Shown in pieces: positions 22,331 through 36,144 of a stretch of 64,000 nt of DNA (positions are counted from its first letter, which is position 1; the number at the start of each line of letters is the position of its first letter). Made by a program: the position numbers and the translations under genes. Origin of the DNA: Macrostomum hystrix (lineage: Eukaryota; Animalia; Platyhelminthes); assembly GCA_950097015.1 (NCBI GenBank), contig CATNEN010000007.1, positions 2,666,001-2,730,000 on the forward strand, read 5' to 3'. The notes beneath the pieces are model-generated. The model ran no database searches, was not told where the DNA came from, and saw nothing but the letters and a program-made list of their open reading frames with translations.

Positions 22331-24330
22331 AGCACCAGAGGGTGGATAGGGCTATAAAAAGGTATGAAGATTTTTAGCTCCACCCTTTGATCTGCTCGTT
22401 TTTATCCTGTATTTTAAACATAAAGTAATTTTTTACATAACAAATTACAATTAAAATACAGTTTTGTGTGTTTGTTTTGCAATAAAAAATCCTGAAATTT
22501 ATTATTTCAGGTCATAAAAAATATACTTAAGGCAAAATATAACATAGTTAACAGTTTTTAATTTATTAACGTGCACTAAGCAGCGTTTCAAAATCAAATA
22601 TATAGCTTTCAGTATATTTTCCTTTTTTCTCTACTTTAAGTACCATGTTAAGAGTATTGGTTTCTAAGAAAATTTGCAGAATTTCAAATTAAACTTCTTG
22701 TATGCGAACACGCAATTGCGAAGCAGCGCGAGTATTATACGATAGTTTTAGTGCTGATGGACATATGAGAACTAGAAATGCAAGCTGTTCCTAGATTGTT
22801 TCTAGACTGGGCCTTAAAATACAATTGTAGAGTTTTTTATGAAGAACATAGAGAGACAATTCCCAGATTTTCATCTATTTTTTCAGAAATATTCGAGCAA
22901 ATCCTCTTTGTTTTAGATTACGCTGATGTGTCTGCCTGTTATTGCTTACAATATGTGCTGATAAGGGTAGTTTAAAATACAAATGTTCATTTTGCAGTCA
23001 GAAACTCGGTTTGTGATAATAAGTATTAACAGTAGAACTACCAAGGGGGGAATTTCCCCCCCCCTTGGTAGAATTCCCCCCTGACAATTTTTTTTGCTGG
23101 AACAATGCAAGCACTCGAAACTCAAGAACACGGGCCAACTTTTTTGTTGCGCATCTTCTGAAACAAGAAACAAGTCGCCAGCTCTTCAGACCATCGAGAA
23201 ATTCAATGTTTCTGGCCGAAGGTCCGATTTTTCCCATAAGAGCTAGTGTATTTCATACACCCCTATACACGAATTTGCACTGCGCCTCAGTGCGGCCTTT
23301 CCAGACCTTCAAACTTTATCAGCATGTCACCCGAATGTGCCTGCATCATCTCCGTCTTTGGTGGCCACCTACCTTTGTCTAGACGGACTGCGGGACCTTC
23401 AAATGCAAAAAATGTGGAAATAGGCCACTCTGGACACCCTGACGCGAATTTATAAAATTTCACTGCTGAAGCCTAAATATTAGGCGCAGCTCAACTACAG
23501 GACACCATCGCCTAGTCTGTCAACCAATCAGTCACCACCCTACGCGGTTAGCTTTCAGGCGCTGCCAAAAAATGTTCTCAGGGGGGTATATAAAAACGGG
23601 CGGCAAAATGGCTTGGTAGTCCTACTGTTAATTAAGAAAACTTGGATTTATTCTCTTTTTATTTAACAGCTTTTTACTGCATGTTTCATTCGGTAGGTAT
23701 TTATATTTGTCTACAAGTTAAGCTAACTACCTACCCGGACAACTACTAAAGTGTCATGAATCACAATTTTTGCACAGCTCGCTGGCAATACCTAGGTATA
23801 CAGGCAGACTCACCATTTTCAGCAAAAAAACTAGAGAGAATATTCAGCTCTCAGCAGCAGAAAATTCCGTAAAATTCTAGTCCGTAAAATGGAGTTGTCG
23901 CTCCAGTTTTTTACATTCGGAGATGTTTAGTCTATGGCCTTAAATAAGTGTCGCTGTGTTCTAACTCGCAGGCGCCTGCTAAACTCTTCGAATTGGTCAT
24001 TCAATAAATGAACAAGTTATACTATGTAATTCTACTGGAGTTGTACAATTAAGTACTTGCAAGAAACCTATCATAACTTCTTTGTGAAGCGAGATCGAGT
24101 GATTCCAGGTCAAGAGTGTAAGAGAGTCAGAGAGTATAAGCAAAACATGTCATCCATATTTCAGTTTCAGATCTTATTACGAGCGTATTACAATTGTTGA
24201 AAAAGTTCTTGACTCCACAGATATAGAACGCTTGTCCTACGCCAATCCCTTATTGGTTCTTGTAGTTCGTAGACTTAAAAATCTTTAATCCGTGCATGCA
24301 AGTATACATTTATTTACACTGCTTCGCTCA

Positions 24331-26517
24331 TCAAACACGGCTGGTTTCACTGTGCAGCGCACCCTCCGATCGTCGCCGAGTTTCAGCGGCAGCAAAGTCG
24401 CCGAGGTCCTGGTATTCGTTGCTGCTGCCACCGGCGCAGGGAGCGGCCATGGCTGATCTCCGCGACGTTGAACAGCAGTCGGCCGGAAAGCCTCTGATTG
24501 GCTGAGGCAGCAACAGTAGTTGCTGTTGTTGCTGCTGCTGCTGCTTGCAGAATAGATTGGCGTTGTGCTGTCGTGATCGCGTTGATGGCAGGGTTGCCGA
24601 GGAAACTGTCGATGTAGGACAGGATGTCAGTGGCTGCTGGCCGCTGCCGCCGACGCTTCCGGAGCCGCGGTTGTCGTAAAAGCCGCAGGTGCCGCTGATC
24701 GAGTGCGGCAGGCCAGCAAGCGACAATGGCACGATGGTGCTGGACGGCGAGTAGAGGATCTCGTGCGAGTCGTCGCATTCTCGAGTTGCCGCCTCCTTAG
24801 CCTTGAAGCTGCTTCAACGAATTTGGTGGTGGATGGTGGTCCTGTCAAATGTACTTAAAACTACAACGAACAAAGACTATGAGTTCTACCGTTAAGCCTC
24901 ACTGAAGCAACTTACAGTCTGAAGACAAAGGTCGCCAGTACAACTGAAAGCAGCACTAGAAGACTAGTCACCAGAATGACTAGGAAGATCACTGGAAAAA
25001 AGTAAAATGAAAGGAGAATATGTACTTAGATAATCAGCTCACTTTGCTCACTTTGATCACTGCATCAGAACTTTGTTGACAGCCCTTGGAAAAGATTCGC
25101 TCAGATTGACGTGAAGCTCCAGCCCTGTTAATTAAGGACTCATACAGAAATCACCCATGATCTCATAAAAAACGGTCGAGCGTTGTTAAACAGATTAGAA
25201 CAACAACGTTATCAAGTTTTCCGCGTCAGTTCCTTTGATTTGAGGGCCACAGAAGATCATACGCAGTTAGCAGAATTTCCTGTGTTGCACTTCCTTTAAT
25301 GTCGATTTTTTGTTGTGAAAATTATTGCGGACAGTTGAAACGAATGAGACTGTCTTTCAGCTTTTATCTTGGAAATCAAAATTATGTAACGTACGTATCT
25401 GCATGTACTGTCGTGACAAGTGACTGTAAAAGTCTCAGCTATGCAAATTCTCTTTCTATTAGACTCTCTATCCGAATGTTCTTCAAAATTCTCACATTTT
25501 CAGCCTGGGCATTAAGCAACCTGCTATAATTTTTACCGATGCTGTCGCCGTGTCCCGCGAATCGGCCACTGGACGCTTCACCGCCTCGATAATTGACATA
25601 GATGCTGCCGCTGCCGTCAGTTCTTGGACCATTGTTCTGAGCCGTCACGCTTTCCAGCAGGACCATTACAGGGGAGCCGACCGCATCGTTGGAACTAGTC
25701 GTCGTCGTCTCCAGTGTTGGACTCGCAACTTCGTCTGGCTCCGGAAGCAGTGGACTTGCTTCATATTTGAGCCAGAACCCTGCGTAACCAACACCAGCCA
25801 CTGGGCCGGTTGTCAGCTGCACTCGAACCTCTGGACCGTCTGTCAGCATAATCGACTGCATTCTTAGCAGGCCACAGCGTTGCCAAATTTTAGGCCGACT
25901 CTGCGAGCTCACATTGCTAATCACAGTCAAACTACTGTTGCAGTCGAGATCCAAACTCAGCAGCGTAATTTGAATTTTTCTGTGCTGGTAAACTTTTGCT
26001 CCAGTGGCTGTCGGCAGGCTCAGGGTTAGCGAACAGTTTAGGCCAGCCGGATAGGCTTCGGGGTAGTACGGACTGATCACGTGACCTCGCTGTCCAGTCA
26101 GTTGCCCAGTCCGGCAGACGTCGTGCAATCCGTTGGATGGTACGCAGTCGAACACAGCCTGATAGTAGACTGGCTTCACCGGCTGCCGACAAGTTTCGCT
26201 TGCTGGAATCGGGCCAGGACTGCGCACGCTGGTGACACAGTCGGTGCGCCCGTCGCACACCCGGTTCAGACTGGCGTCCATCCGGAAGCAGTCGCCAGCC
26301 GCTCGCCGACATCGGCGAATGCCCACGTCCGCCGGGGCGCCAAAGTAGGCGTGCTGAATGAGGATTCGTTTGCCTGGAGGACAGCTCAGCTGCACTGGTG
26401 TTGTTGGCGACGTTAGAGGCGAATTATCCCCTGTCTGCTCGTCTTCCAAGCAGGTTGACTTCACTTGGTAGCCGTCGGCTGCGGATTGAGAATCCACGGA
26501 ATTTTTCGGACAATGAC
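24331..26517 (-). CDS. Single-pass receptor: SUEL/galactose-type lectin + CUB + TM + cytoplasmic tail (signal-peptide exon not located)
   Basis: Exon 26517-25537 has LSCPPG..I.IQHAYFG...C...CDGRTDC...FDC (SUEL-like) and GHVISPYYPEAYPAGLNC...GFWLKYE (CUB). Exon 24991-24916 encodes the TM segment VIFLVILVTSLLVLLSVVLATFVFR. The last exon starts at acceptor 24841 or 24808. Confidence 0.8.
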
Positions 26518-29265
26518 CTAAGTCAAAGTTTTTGCTTAAATAACCTTATTAGATTAAAGTTCGACTTAGTGAAGTCATATTTCTTCATTTTGTGTGCCAA
26601 AAGCAAAATAAGAAAATTCAAAAACATCTAAGAACAAATCGTGAGCCAGCTCGTACCCGCAGAAGCATTGTTGGACATTGGAAATAGCAAAAGAAGCAGC
26701 AGAGTCTTAGAGGTCGAGGTCAGCGTCGCGCGATGATATTTCATTGTATGTTGTCCAATTCTTTGATTGTGTGAGATAAAATAATTCAGCGGCGTGCTTT
26801 GGAAGGCCGAGTGGGCGGTACAGCGAAGAAGTTCTTTCTTTGGTCCGCCTTAGCAGTCTCTGGTTTTAGCGCCTCCTGCTAATTTGAGGCTGACGCTCCT
26901 GGTTGAAAAAAGAGGGAAGTGAAAAAAAGTTGATGGAAAAAATGGTGATCGCTGGCGGATAGGGAGGATGGTCTGTGCTTGTTGGCCCAATAGAGGAATA
27001 GGAGACACAAGGGCTTAAGTGGGGGCAAGGAAACTATTTGGCTATAGAGAAAGGAACCTGAGCGAAACCAGATAGACTTAAAGCAGCGGTAAAAACTGGA
27101 GCGCAAATAGACGTGAAAATGGAGAAAAATGACGGGGCCGGGGCTCGTTGCGGCCAGTGACAAGGCGAGCTGGAAAAAACGCTCGGGAGACTGGAGACTG
27201 GGAGACACGGCGAATGGGAAGCGTTGGCGAGGAAGGCGCGACTGGGGTTGGTCGACGAAGAGCCGAGCAGAAAATTGTCTTTTCGTCTGGGCTTCATTCC
27301 GAAATGAAGTGGAATTGCCCAAAAAAGGCTCTACATGCAATGATAATATGACCGAGAAGCGAAATGGAACATGTTGGCAATTATTGGGGCACTGAATGGG
27401 ACATCACCCAAATTGCCTCTCCCAGTCTTCTGATGGGGCCTAAAGCCAGCTCATCAGTAGACGCTGTTCTACGTCAGAACTTGCCTGTGCTGCAGCCGTG
27501 CAGCAATGCGCAGTCCTTTGTTCCTCTTTCGGTGTATGTCTTATCCTGCTCCTATGCGGTCGCTGACTTCGCTTCCCTGTTTCGCCTTTGGCTTTTTCAT
27601 CATCCCATCTTTTCCCAGCTTTCTCCTCTTCAAATCATTTTCCGAAAAATGTTTTCTGGTCGCGAAATTTAATCCCACTCTGATCGTTCCGCGCTGCTGC
27701 AGCTGCTTTTAATAATTTAGTCTCGCCTCGCTGCTCCGGACAAGCACGGCGGGGCCTAATCCCAAATGGGGATTCTGGAAGGAGGATCAGGAGTTGCTGT
27801 GGCCGAATTCCCACCTGGCAATCTAGTTGGAATTCGTATAAGAACAAGGGTTCAAATGTGGCATTAGCTGCTGATGTGGATTCAAATTTCGACGGTCAGC
27901 TATCGTCGAGTTCGGTTTCCAGGGAGATACCAATGGCGCAGATTTCTCGTTCCTCAGTCTCAGGATGCTTCTTGCCTTTGTCCCAAGTAAGATCTCCCAT
28001 TAATGCGGATTTTCATTTTATCAGCATTCCTAATTAGCCAGCATTCTTACCGGCTTCATTACCCTCGAGGCTTGCCAGGCTTCCAAATCAGCTGCCGAAT
28101 GATCCAGTTTTTTTACTAGAAACTATTCAAGCTTGTGTGAGTTCGCGAGCTTCGTTTATCTCAATGCTCAGCATCTTTACATTGCAGAATGCTTGCTTCT
28201 AGAATGAGCGAAATGGAGAAATAGAAGACAGCAACAGAGGACAGCAGGGAGATGAAGTGAAAAGGAAAGCCACCCAGCAAATAGGAATAGCCGGAGGAAA
28301 CTTTGAGGCGATTTTCCGGTCCATCGATCTCGACCTGCACCCCCAGCTTGGACGCGAGGGCGATCAGGTCGTCACAAAACATGCATAATAAACGGATTGG
28401 CTGGGCTTCCCACTCTGGCGCTCTCCCCCCTTGTGCCAGGAGTCCCTCGACCCACGCCTCCCAATCTGAGCACCGACTAAGGTTGCTGACTGCCTAATTA
28501 GGGCTCGGAAAATCGGGACATGATGCGAGCTCGCCGTCAGCTCAGAGTAACGCCTGTGTAAGTGCTCACCGCCTCCTCTAGCATCAGCTTTTGTGAGAAT
28601 CTGTGAAGGAGGAGCTGCTGCTAACTGTGCGCAGCATGCTTCTGTGTGTAGTTCGCATGGGACTTGCGCTCTGACAATTCAACTTTATGCAAATTAATTT
28701 ATGTTGGATATACACTATACTACTTAGAGTAGAGCTACAGTACAGCATTTAAGATTTTTAGAATTATCTTTCAATATCTATTTATATATCCAATAGACTT
28801 CAGTAAACACATGATATTGTACTGATTATTAAGCATAATTTTTTGGAAATTTTTGTGCGATAAGTTCTGGTTAGCAAATCATTTGTTTAAAAAGCGAAAT
28901 TTACTTCGAAGCTTGTAGCACAATTCGATACGCTCGTGAAAATCCCCTGTGTTACTTTTGCTTGTTTTAATTTTCTGAAATTAAAACATATCTACTATGC
29001 ATATACCTGCGCACCTACCTTCTATGAACTGCAAGTTTGCCTGGAAAATGATTTTCACAAAGCACTATATAAAACAAAATTACAAATCAGGATAATTGAT
29101 CATACGCTTGCACATTATTAGTAAACTCTTTTAGCATGCGCAAGATGAAACTGTCAAAAACGCTATGTGCATCATATAAAATACAAGGGTAATAACTCGA
29201 ATGTGAAAACTTGTTTTTCAGTTTGCTGTCTTAGTCAGATATCTTCTAAAGCTGCCAGTCCTTCG

Positions 29266-29832
29266 CTAGCCACACAGCATTGGCTCTGGCACAAGTAGCA
29301 AAGCCAGTCGGGCCTGCCTGAGCAGTCTGAGAGCCCAGCGCAGATCAAAGTCGTCAGCAGAAGTGAGCAAATCGTAGGTGGCCAGAAGGGCACGGGCTCG
29401 CTGCTCGCTGGCGATTCGCACCAGAGTTTCCACCCGGCTTCGTCCGAAGGCGTGGATGTAGCGAAACGAAGCGCAGCCGCGTGCCTTCAGCTGCACCACC
29501 AGACGCTCCTCTCGCCGCACCGACTCTGTCAGCTGTAGCTCCATGGTCGCTTCTATTGGCGAAATCATCTGTAGTCGCTCGCGCTTCGTCTCGTCTTCTT
29601 CGTCAGCTGCGGTGGTCTCGATGGACAGCTCACTGCCTGCCGTCATCAACCCGTCGACACAGCCGCTGTCAGCGTCCAGAGCCATCATCGGCTGAAGCTT
29701 CGGTACTAGTACACTGACGAAGACCAGGCGATCTCCGGGGCGCTTCAAGTTGGCGGCGTACCAGTCAGCGATATGCAAATTGACGTCCATATTTGGAACC
29801 ACTGGAACAAGGATTGGGCGCTCGACACTCAT
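29266..29832 (-). CDS. Universal stress protein (UspA-like) domain protein
   Basis: N-terminus RPILVPV...ADWYAANLKRPGDRLVFVSV is the animal USP pattern. C-terminal strand LALLLVP. Single 188-aa ORF. Confidence 0.7.
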   Translation of the reverse strand: MSVERPILVPVVPNMDVNLHIADWYAANLKRPGDRLVFVSVLVPKLQPMMALDADSGCVDGLMTAGSELSIETTAADEEDETKRERLQMISPIEATMELQLTESVRREERLVVQLKARGCASFRYIHAFGRSRVETLVRIASEQRARALLATYDLLTSADDFDLRWALRLLRQARLALLLVPEPMLCG

Positions 29833-30662
29833 TTGGTCTGCGAGAGGACAAAAAATATGCGCGATGGGTGTCTGGACAGCTGCCAGTTTTGTGAAAGGCC
29901 TGGCACTTTATACACGCTTACAGTAGGTCACGTTGTGCACCCGCCCAACTCTCTTAGCAGGCAGAGATAGATACCTGTCCGTCTGACGTCTGTCGCGATT
30001 TGTCACGTGGTTCGGTTGTCTGTTGAAATTCAACTTAGATTCTCGGTTGGGTTTTGCCGGCTTCTGTTTACAGAGTGCAAGGGCTCGGTCCAATGAAAAC
30101 CATTGAGTGCCAGCCTCCCGGCCTTGCCCGATCTGTTGGGCTACTAACAATCCTTTCCTGTTGCTAAAATTGGATCAAATGGCGGCGCATTTCAGACTGA
30201 ATATGCGCAAGGTTATTATGTTTTTGCACCCCAATTCCACGCAACTGACCAATAGAATATAAGTTATAGGAATGCAAGTTGACGACGATAAATGACTTTG
30301 TGTCAAGAGAGAAAAAGCGAATCGAGAAGACTGCCTTCAGTTCCACCTGGAGCCTGTACAACTGCAGCCTCATCATCCTTCCTTACCGTTCTAAACGCGA
30401 GGTCAGTGCGAGTGCTTGCAGGCAATAGATGAAAGATCCAAGTTAAAGAAGTAACGCGCCAAAGGAGACGCGGCCTCCGCTCCTTCCTCCTTTGACACAG
30501 CCGCGCCGGCTCCGTCAGCTGCTTCTTCACCAAACTCTTCGCCTGCGCCGTACAGTTTTTAAATATCTGCGCTTACACTTTACAGTGAAGGCATAGTTAC
30601 ATTCTCATAGGAATGAGCCAGTCGGGACCTCAGGAGAATACTTTAAATGATATTAAATTATA

Positions 30663-31560
30663 AATCAAAGAGTCTAGGAATCAAAGATTCTAGGAATCAA
30701 AGATTCTAGGAATCAAAGATTCTAGGAACCAAAGATTCTAGGAACCAAAGATTCTAGGAATCAAAGATTCTAGGAATCAAAGATTCTAGAAATCAAAGGT
30801 TCTAGGAATCAAAGATTCTAGGAATCAAAGATTCTAGGAACCAAAGATTCTAGGAACCAAAGATTCTAGGAATCAAAGATTCTAGGAACCAAAGATTCTA
30901 GGAACCAAAGATTCTAGGAATCAAAGATTCTAGTAATCAAAGATTCTAGTAATCAAAGTAATCTAGTAATCAAAGATTCTAGGAATCAAAGATTCTAGGA
31001 ATCAAAGAGTCTAGGAATCAAAGATTCTAGGAATCAAAGATTCTAGGAATCAAAGATTCTAGGAATCAAAGATTCTAGGAATCAAAGATTCTAGGAATCA
31101 AAGATTCTAGGAATCAAAGATTCTAGAAATCAAAGATTCTAGGAATCAAAGATTCTAGGAATCAAAGATTCTAGGAATCAAAGATTCTAGGAATCAAAGA
31201 TTCTAGGAATCAAAGATTCTAGAAATCAAAGATTCTAGGAATCAAAGATTCTAGTAATCAAAGATTCTAGTAATCAAAGTAATCTAGTAATCTAGTATTC
31301 TAGGAATCAAAGATTCTAGGAATCAAAGATTCTAGGAATCAAAGATTCTAGAAATCAAAGGTTCTAGGAATCAAAGATTCTAGGAATCAAAGATTCTAGG
31401 AACCAAAGATTCTAGGAACCAAAGATTCTAGGAATCAAAGATTCTAGGAACCAAAGATTCTAGGAACCAAAGATTCTAGGAATCAAAGATTCTAGGAATC
31501 AAAGAGTCTAGGAATCAAAGATTCTAGGAATCAAAGAATCAAAGATTATAGAAATCAAAA
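30663..31560. repeat. 16-bp tandem satellite (TAGGAATCAAAGATTC)
   Basis: More than 50 units, with a block of variants repeated twice. Confidence 0.97.
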
Positions 31561-32555
31561 CATGAATTAATTGGTTAACCTCTGTTTGCACTGATAGTTG
31601 CGCCATACGGTTCGTGGGCGTTGGAACAAGACAAATCTCCCAGTGTGCCTGCCTGCAAACATATTCGCATGTGTGTATAACCTACATATTGTGCAACAAG
31701 ATGTGACTTTTCAGAGGATGCATGTATAAGAGACGCATGTTTGAAGTTAAGCTGCAGTAAATTTGTTTATTCTGAAGAAAGCGTCCTACCTGATATTTGA
31801 TTGACACCACGACCCTTTTGTACACTTTCGTGCAATGGGCACTGTTCCTATAAGTCCCGTAAGGGATTTATAGGGCTTGGCTACGTTCAGAAGGCTTGGT
31901 ATATGTCAGCTGGAGCGCATAAAAGTACAAGAACGCCCTTTTGTGAGACTTTCTGTTCACGTGTTTCTTATTATTAACTTAAACTGACAGATGGGTGATA
32001 AAAATCTAATTTAAAAAAAATCGAATGATATAGTTTGCAAATTTGTGCACGGTCGTAGCTCCTATACTTATAATAATTCCTGCTCTCATCACAATTATTT
32101 GACGTGTCACCATTCAGCTGAAAATACAACACGAAAATTCACAAAAAAATTAAGTCCATTCTAAATTGGGCCATCCGTCACATAAATGGGACCTCTAGCT
32201 TAAAGTTGACCATTTCTTCCAGAATTAAAATCAGTTATAAAATGCTTCGCTTTGACGACCTTATGGACGTACTACTTATAGCGGGCTGAACGGATTAAAA
32301 TTATATAATCTGTTTGATATCAAGTCGGGTTCACAGAAAAGTAAGCAAAGTTCCGGTAAGCAATTCTATAAAAATAAATTATGCAAAAGCAACAACAGCG
32401 CTTGATACGACTTGACCATATTCACTGAACATGTGGAGCCGTGGGCTAAACGTTACGCAGACAAAATTGAACGACAGTCGACAAGAAGCGTGTAGTGAGA
32501 ACACATTTTTCAAACCAATGGATTAAATAGTCCAGGCAAGCCCCTCAGTGAGCAA

Positions 32556-32635
32556 GGTAGCGTGGCCGAGTGGTCTAAGGCGCTGGATTTAGGCTCCAGT
32601 CCGCAAGGGCGTGGGTTCGAATCCCACCGCTGCCA
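32556..32635 (+). tRNA. tRNA-Leu (anticodon TAG)
   Basis: GGTAGCG/CGCTGCC acceptor stem, D-arm TGGCCGAGTGGTCTAAGGC, anticodon stem CTGGA-TTTAGGC-TCCAG, long variable arm, GGTTCGAATCC, followed by a TTTT terminator. Confidence 0.96.
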
Positions 32636-33493
32636 AATACATTTTGTCTTACCTTGCTTTGCTGTTAATAGTTATCCAGACAAGTTTTTATTTACATGGA
32701 GTATGCATTTTAAGTTAAGTATTTGCTAGTTTTTTAGTTCTTTAGGGTTTTTAATTTACATCCTTTTTTATTCTACATCATTTGTTTTTGCTATCGACGA
32801 GAATTATGTAAGCATTTTCAAGTATTCTACTAATAGTAAAAATAACACATTTTTACAATCTTTTTTTTGACAAATCTAACATTTTTCTGGAAATTCACAA
32901 ATCGTATGCTTTTATTCAACTTATTGATGTTGAGAAGCTATAAAAAATAAAATAACTTTCCGACAAAATCGTGGCGTGACCAAGTAAACCTAATTAGCAC
33001 TTAAGGTATGAAGGGAAGCCCTTTTGCTTCGACCAGCATCAAACCCATAATACTGAAATCCATGAAACTGTTTATTAAATAAGTGAACGGAAATGTGGTT
33101 TCACTTAAGAGACCTTGATTCGCTTATTAAAAATTTCGATCTAATTGTTTTAATCGCAGTTAAGCCGGAATTGGAATTTCAAAACTTGCTTCTTTCGCTA
33201 CATATCGGCTGCATCCTCATTTGACAATTAGGCATTAAATTTCTGCAGCTGAACCAGTCATGTCATGAAGTGGAAACGAGCTCTGCAAAAAAAACTCCGA
33301 AATTCGGTAAGTAACTCAATTAGCATGAAACAGAAGCCCGTTAAAGTCACACTCACTGACAATATCAACTATGATTGAGTTAAGTGCAAATATTTGTGTC
33401 TTTTAAGCATTCAAGCTAATTTCGTGAGAAGAGGTTTCAGTTAGCCACCTACTTGAATATTTCAATAATCAAGAAGAAAATCAGGCACTTGAG

Positions 33494-34113
33494 GGTTCGG
33501 TTCACTGAGCGATACACCTGAGTGTTCGTTGAGCGATACACCTGAGGGTTCGTTGAGCGATACACCTGAGGGTTCGTTGAGCGATACACCTGAGGGTTCG
33601 TTGAGCGATACACCTGAGGGTTCGTTGAGCGATACACCTGAGGGTTCGTTGAGCGATACACCTGAGGGTTCGTTGAGCGATACACCTGAGGGTTCGTTGA
33701 GCGATACACCTGAGGGTTCGTTGAGCGATACACCTGAGGGTTCGTTGAGCGATACACCTGAGGGTTCGTTGAGCGATACACCTGAGGGTTCGTTGAGCGA
33801 TACACCTGAGGGTTCGTTGAGCGATACACCTGAGGGTTCGTTGAGCGATACACCTGAGGGTTCGTTGAGCGATACACCTGAGGGTTCGTTGAGCGATACA
33901 CCTGAGGGTTCGTTGAGCGATACACCTGAGGGTTCGTTGAACGATACTGCACCTGAGGGCTCGTTAAGCGATACACCTGAGGGTTCGTTGAGCGATACAC
34001 CTGAGGGTTCGTTGAGCGATACACCTGAGGGTTCGTTGAGCGATACTGCACCTGAGGGTTCGTTGAGCGATACACCTGAGGGTTCGTTGAGCGATAGACC
34101 TGAGGGTTCGTTG
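33494..34113. repeat. 24-bp tandem minisatellite (CCTGAGGGTTCGTTGAGCGATACA)
   Basis: About 25 nearly identical units. Confidence 0.97.
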
Positions 34114-34597
34114 CAGCAGCATCTAAGCAGCTAGCAAAGGCAGATGGACTAAATGACGGCACTATCCTAAAGCACGTTGGTTGCTGAATGCATATCGTCG
34201 ACAAGCACGCTCTGCTTTTTAAAGGTGGAATAATAAAAAATGACTACCCAAAGCCCGAAATGCCACAGCTGTATGCCGATTCGCAAAAGCAGCTGCTACG
34301 AAGTCTTACTTGGAGCAATAAAAATCCTCCGATTTCCATGCGGATTTGGAAATTTCAGCCCACACTCGTAAACATTTTCTGGGGCTACCAAAAACCATCG
34401 CCCAAGTGGCGCTGAGCCTATGACTGCAGGATCTGTTACTAAATATCTCGAAGCGAAGCCTATGACCGTAAAGTACAAGCCATTCAAGCCCACCCACTTG
34501 CCCTAAACAAAAAGCCTTCCTTTCCTCCCGGAGACTGAAATACCGTAAACGAATACTTTTCCAAAACGGGTCGGCTGACTCACAATGCGCTCCGTAA

Positions 34598-34762
<165 letters not shown>

Positions 34763-35765
34763 CATAGTCTAGCGCTTAGCTACCCCTCAATATTCAGAAC
34801 AGCTTTAATTTACGATCAGCCGCTGTGACGGTCGTGGAGCCACGGAAAGCTGTGCTCGATTCCAGCTGTTTCTATAGCTAAGGCCAGCCTTTAACACAAA
34901 CCCTTTCGCTGCTGTCAATGAAAAGTTGGGCAGCTTACGGCCAGGAATATTCTAAATTTCATCCTGGCTTGTAACCCCAGGATACCGCGGACCCCAGAGC
35001 TTGGTCCTTGGAAAAGCTAATTAAACTGAACCCACTTCCCCTTCCTCTTGGGATGAGGGTTGAGAGAGAGACGGAGGGGAAGTGAAATTTTTGCGATGCG
35101 TGAAGCCGATCCCGCAGATATATTGAACTGAAGCTGCATAAAATTCCGCCAGAATACGCGCTGCATAGCTGCCCCGTCTCGCGGGGACATAAAATTCTCG
35201 CTTCATTTGCGGGATCCAAACAAAGGCAAGTTACAAGAGAGGGATTGGATAGAGAGGGGATCGCTACTCAGCAATGGGAAATAAAGGCCTTAGTGGAGAT
35301 TGCAGCGGATAAAGCTTCGGTGGTTTCATTGGGCACTGGAGATAAAGGGGTTATCCCAGTGCGCGTGCAGTCATTTATCAGAGTGGTGGCGGCGGGTGGG
35401 TCGGTGCAGAAGGCTGGGGTGGCTGTTTTAGGGGCCGCAAGCCGACCCAAGGCAAAAAATTAAAAGAACGCAAGCGCACACAAACACGCAAAATGAGGGA
35501 CGCGGTTTTGCTGGTCTCTGCTCTCTATCTCTCGTTCCTTCGAAGCAGCGGTTTCAAGGACCAATCCGGTCGCTTCTTGTCTAAAAATAGCCCCAGCGGT
35601 CACCGCTACAAATTTAGAAGTTTTAAGTCCGACCCCCGCTGCGAGGCTCCGAGAGAGAGCTAGGAGAGAAATAGAGATTTTTAGAAGGCGTCAAAACAAA
35701 GCGTAAACTTAGCTGCAAGCCCAAACTCAGCGGACATCCCACTAACATCAGCAGCAAGGACTGGC

Positions 35766-36144
35766 GTGATGGCGCCAATACCTACATCGGCCGGGAGTAG
35801 CGCTACCCCGGTGGTCGCGCCTGTACAAGCAGCAAAGAGCGTCGGATTCAGCGGTATCGACACGGGCTCGCACGACGAGGTTCTGATGCTGCTCGTGAAG
35901 CTGAACCTCTGCCTTACAGCAGTGGCACTCGGTGTGCTGCTGTTCCTGCTGGGTGGCAAGCTGCGCAGATGGCGCTCGTCCAGAGCAGATCGTCGAGTTT
36001 TCAATTTCAGCCAGAACGCCAGCTGGGAGAGCGTTGTCAAGAAGAGCCAAAGCGGCGCCAGGTGGAGGGCCTGGCGTGAGCGGCTGGCAGCGTCCGCCAG
36101 ACCTTTCAGCAAGCAGGCCCGGAAGGAGATGCAGCTGGAGAGGG
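35766..36144 (+). CDS. Putative exon of a single-pass membrane protein (unknown family)
   Basis: GC-rich ORF with a hydrophobic stretch LLVKLNLCLTAVALGVLLFLLGG followed by KLRRWR, ending at a G|GTGAGT donor. No family recognised. Confidence 0.45.

Noticed and set aside
20797-22383. Arg/Gly/Glu-rich and Ser/Leu-rich ORFs
   Set aside because: They come from the CT-rich NUDT5 intron repeat and the GA-rich repeat.
23038-23071. 13-bp perfect hairpin CTACCAAGGGGGG/CCCCCCTTGGTAG as a Helitron end or terminator
   Set aside because: No CTRR terminus at the expected distance on either strand. It is probably part of an unclassified non-autonomous repeat.
33449-34204. Long ORFs (SDTPEGSL)n and (STNPQVYR)n
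   Set aside because: They arise from a 24-bp minisatellite that is open in several frames, with no non-repeat coding context.
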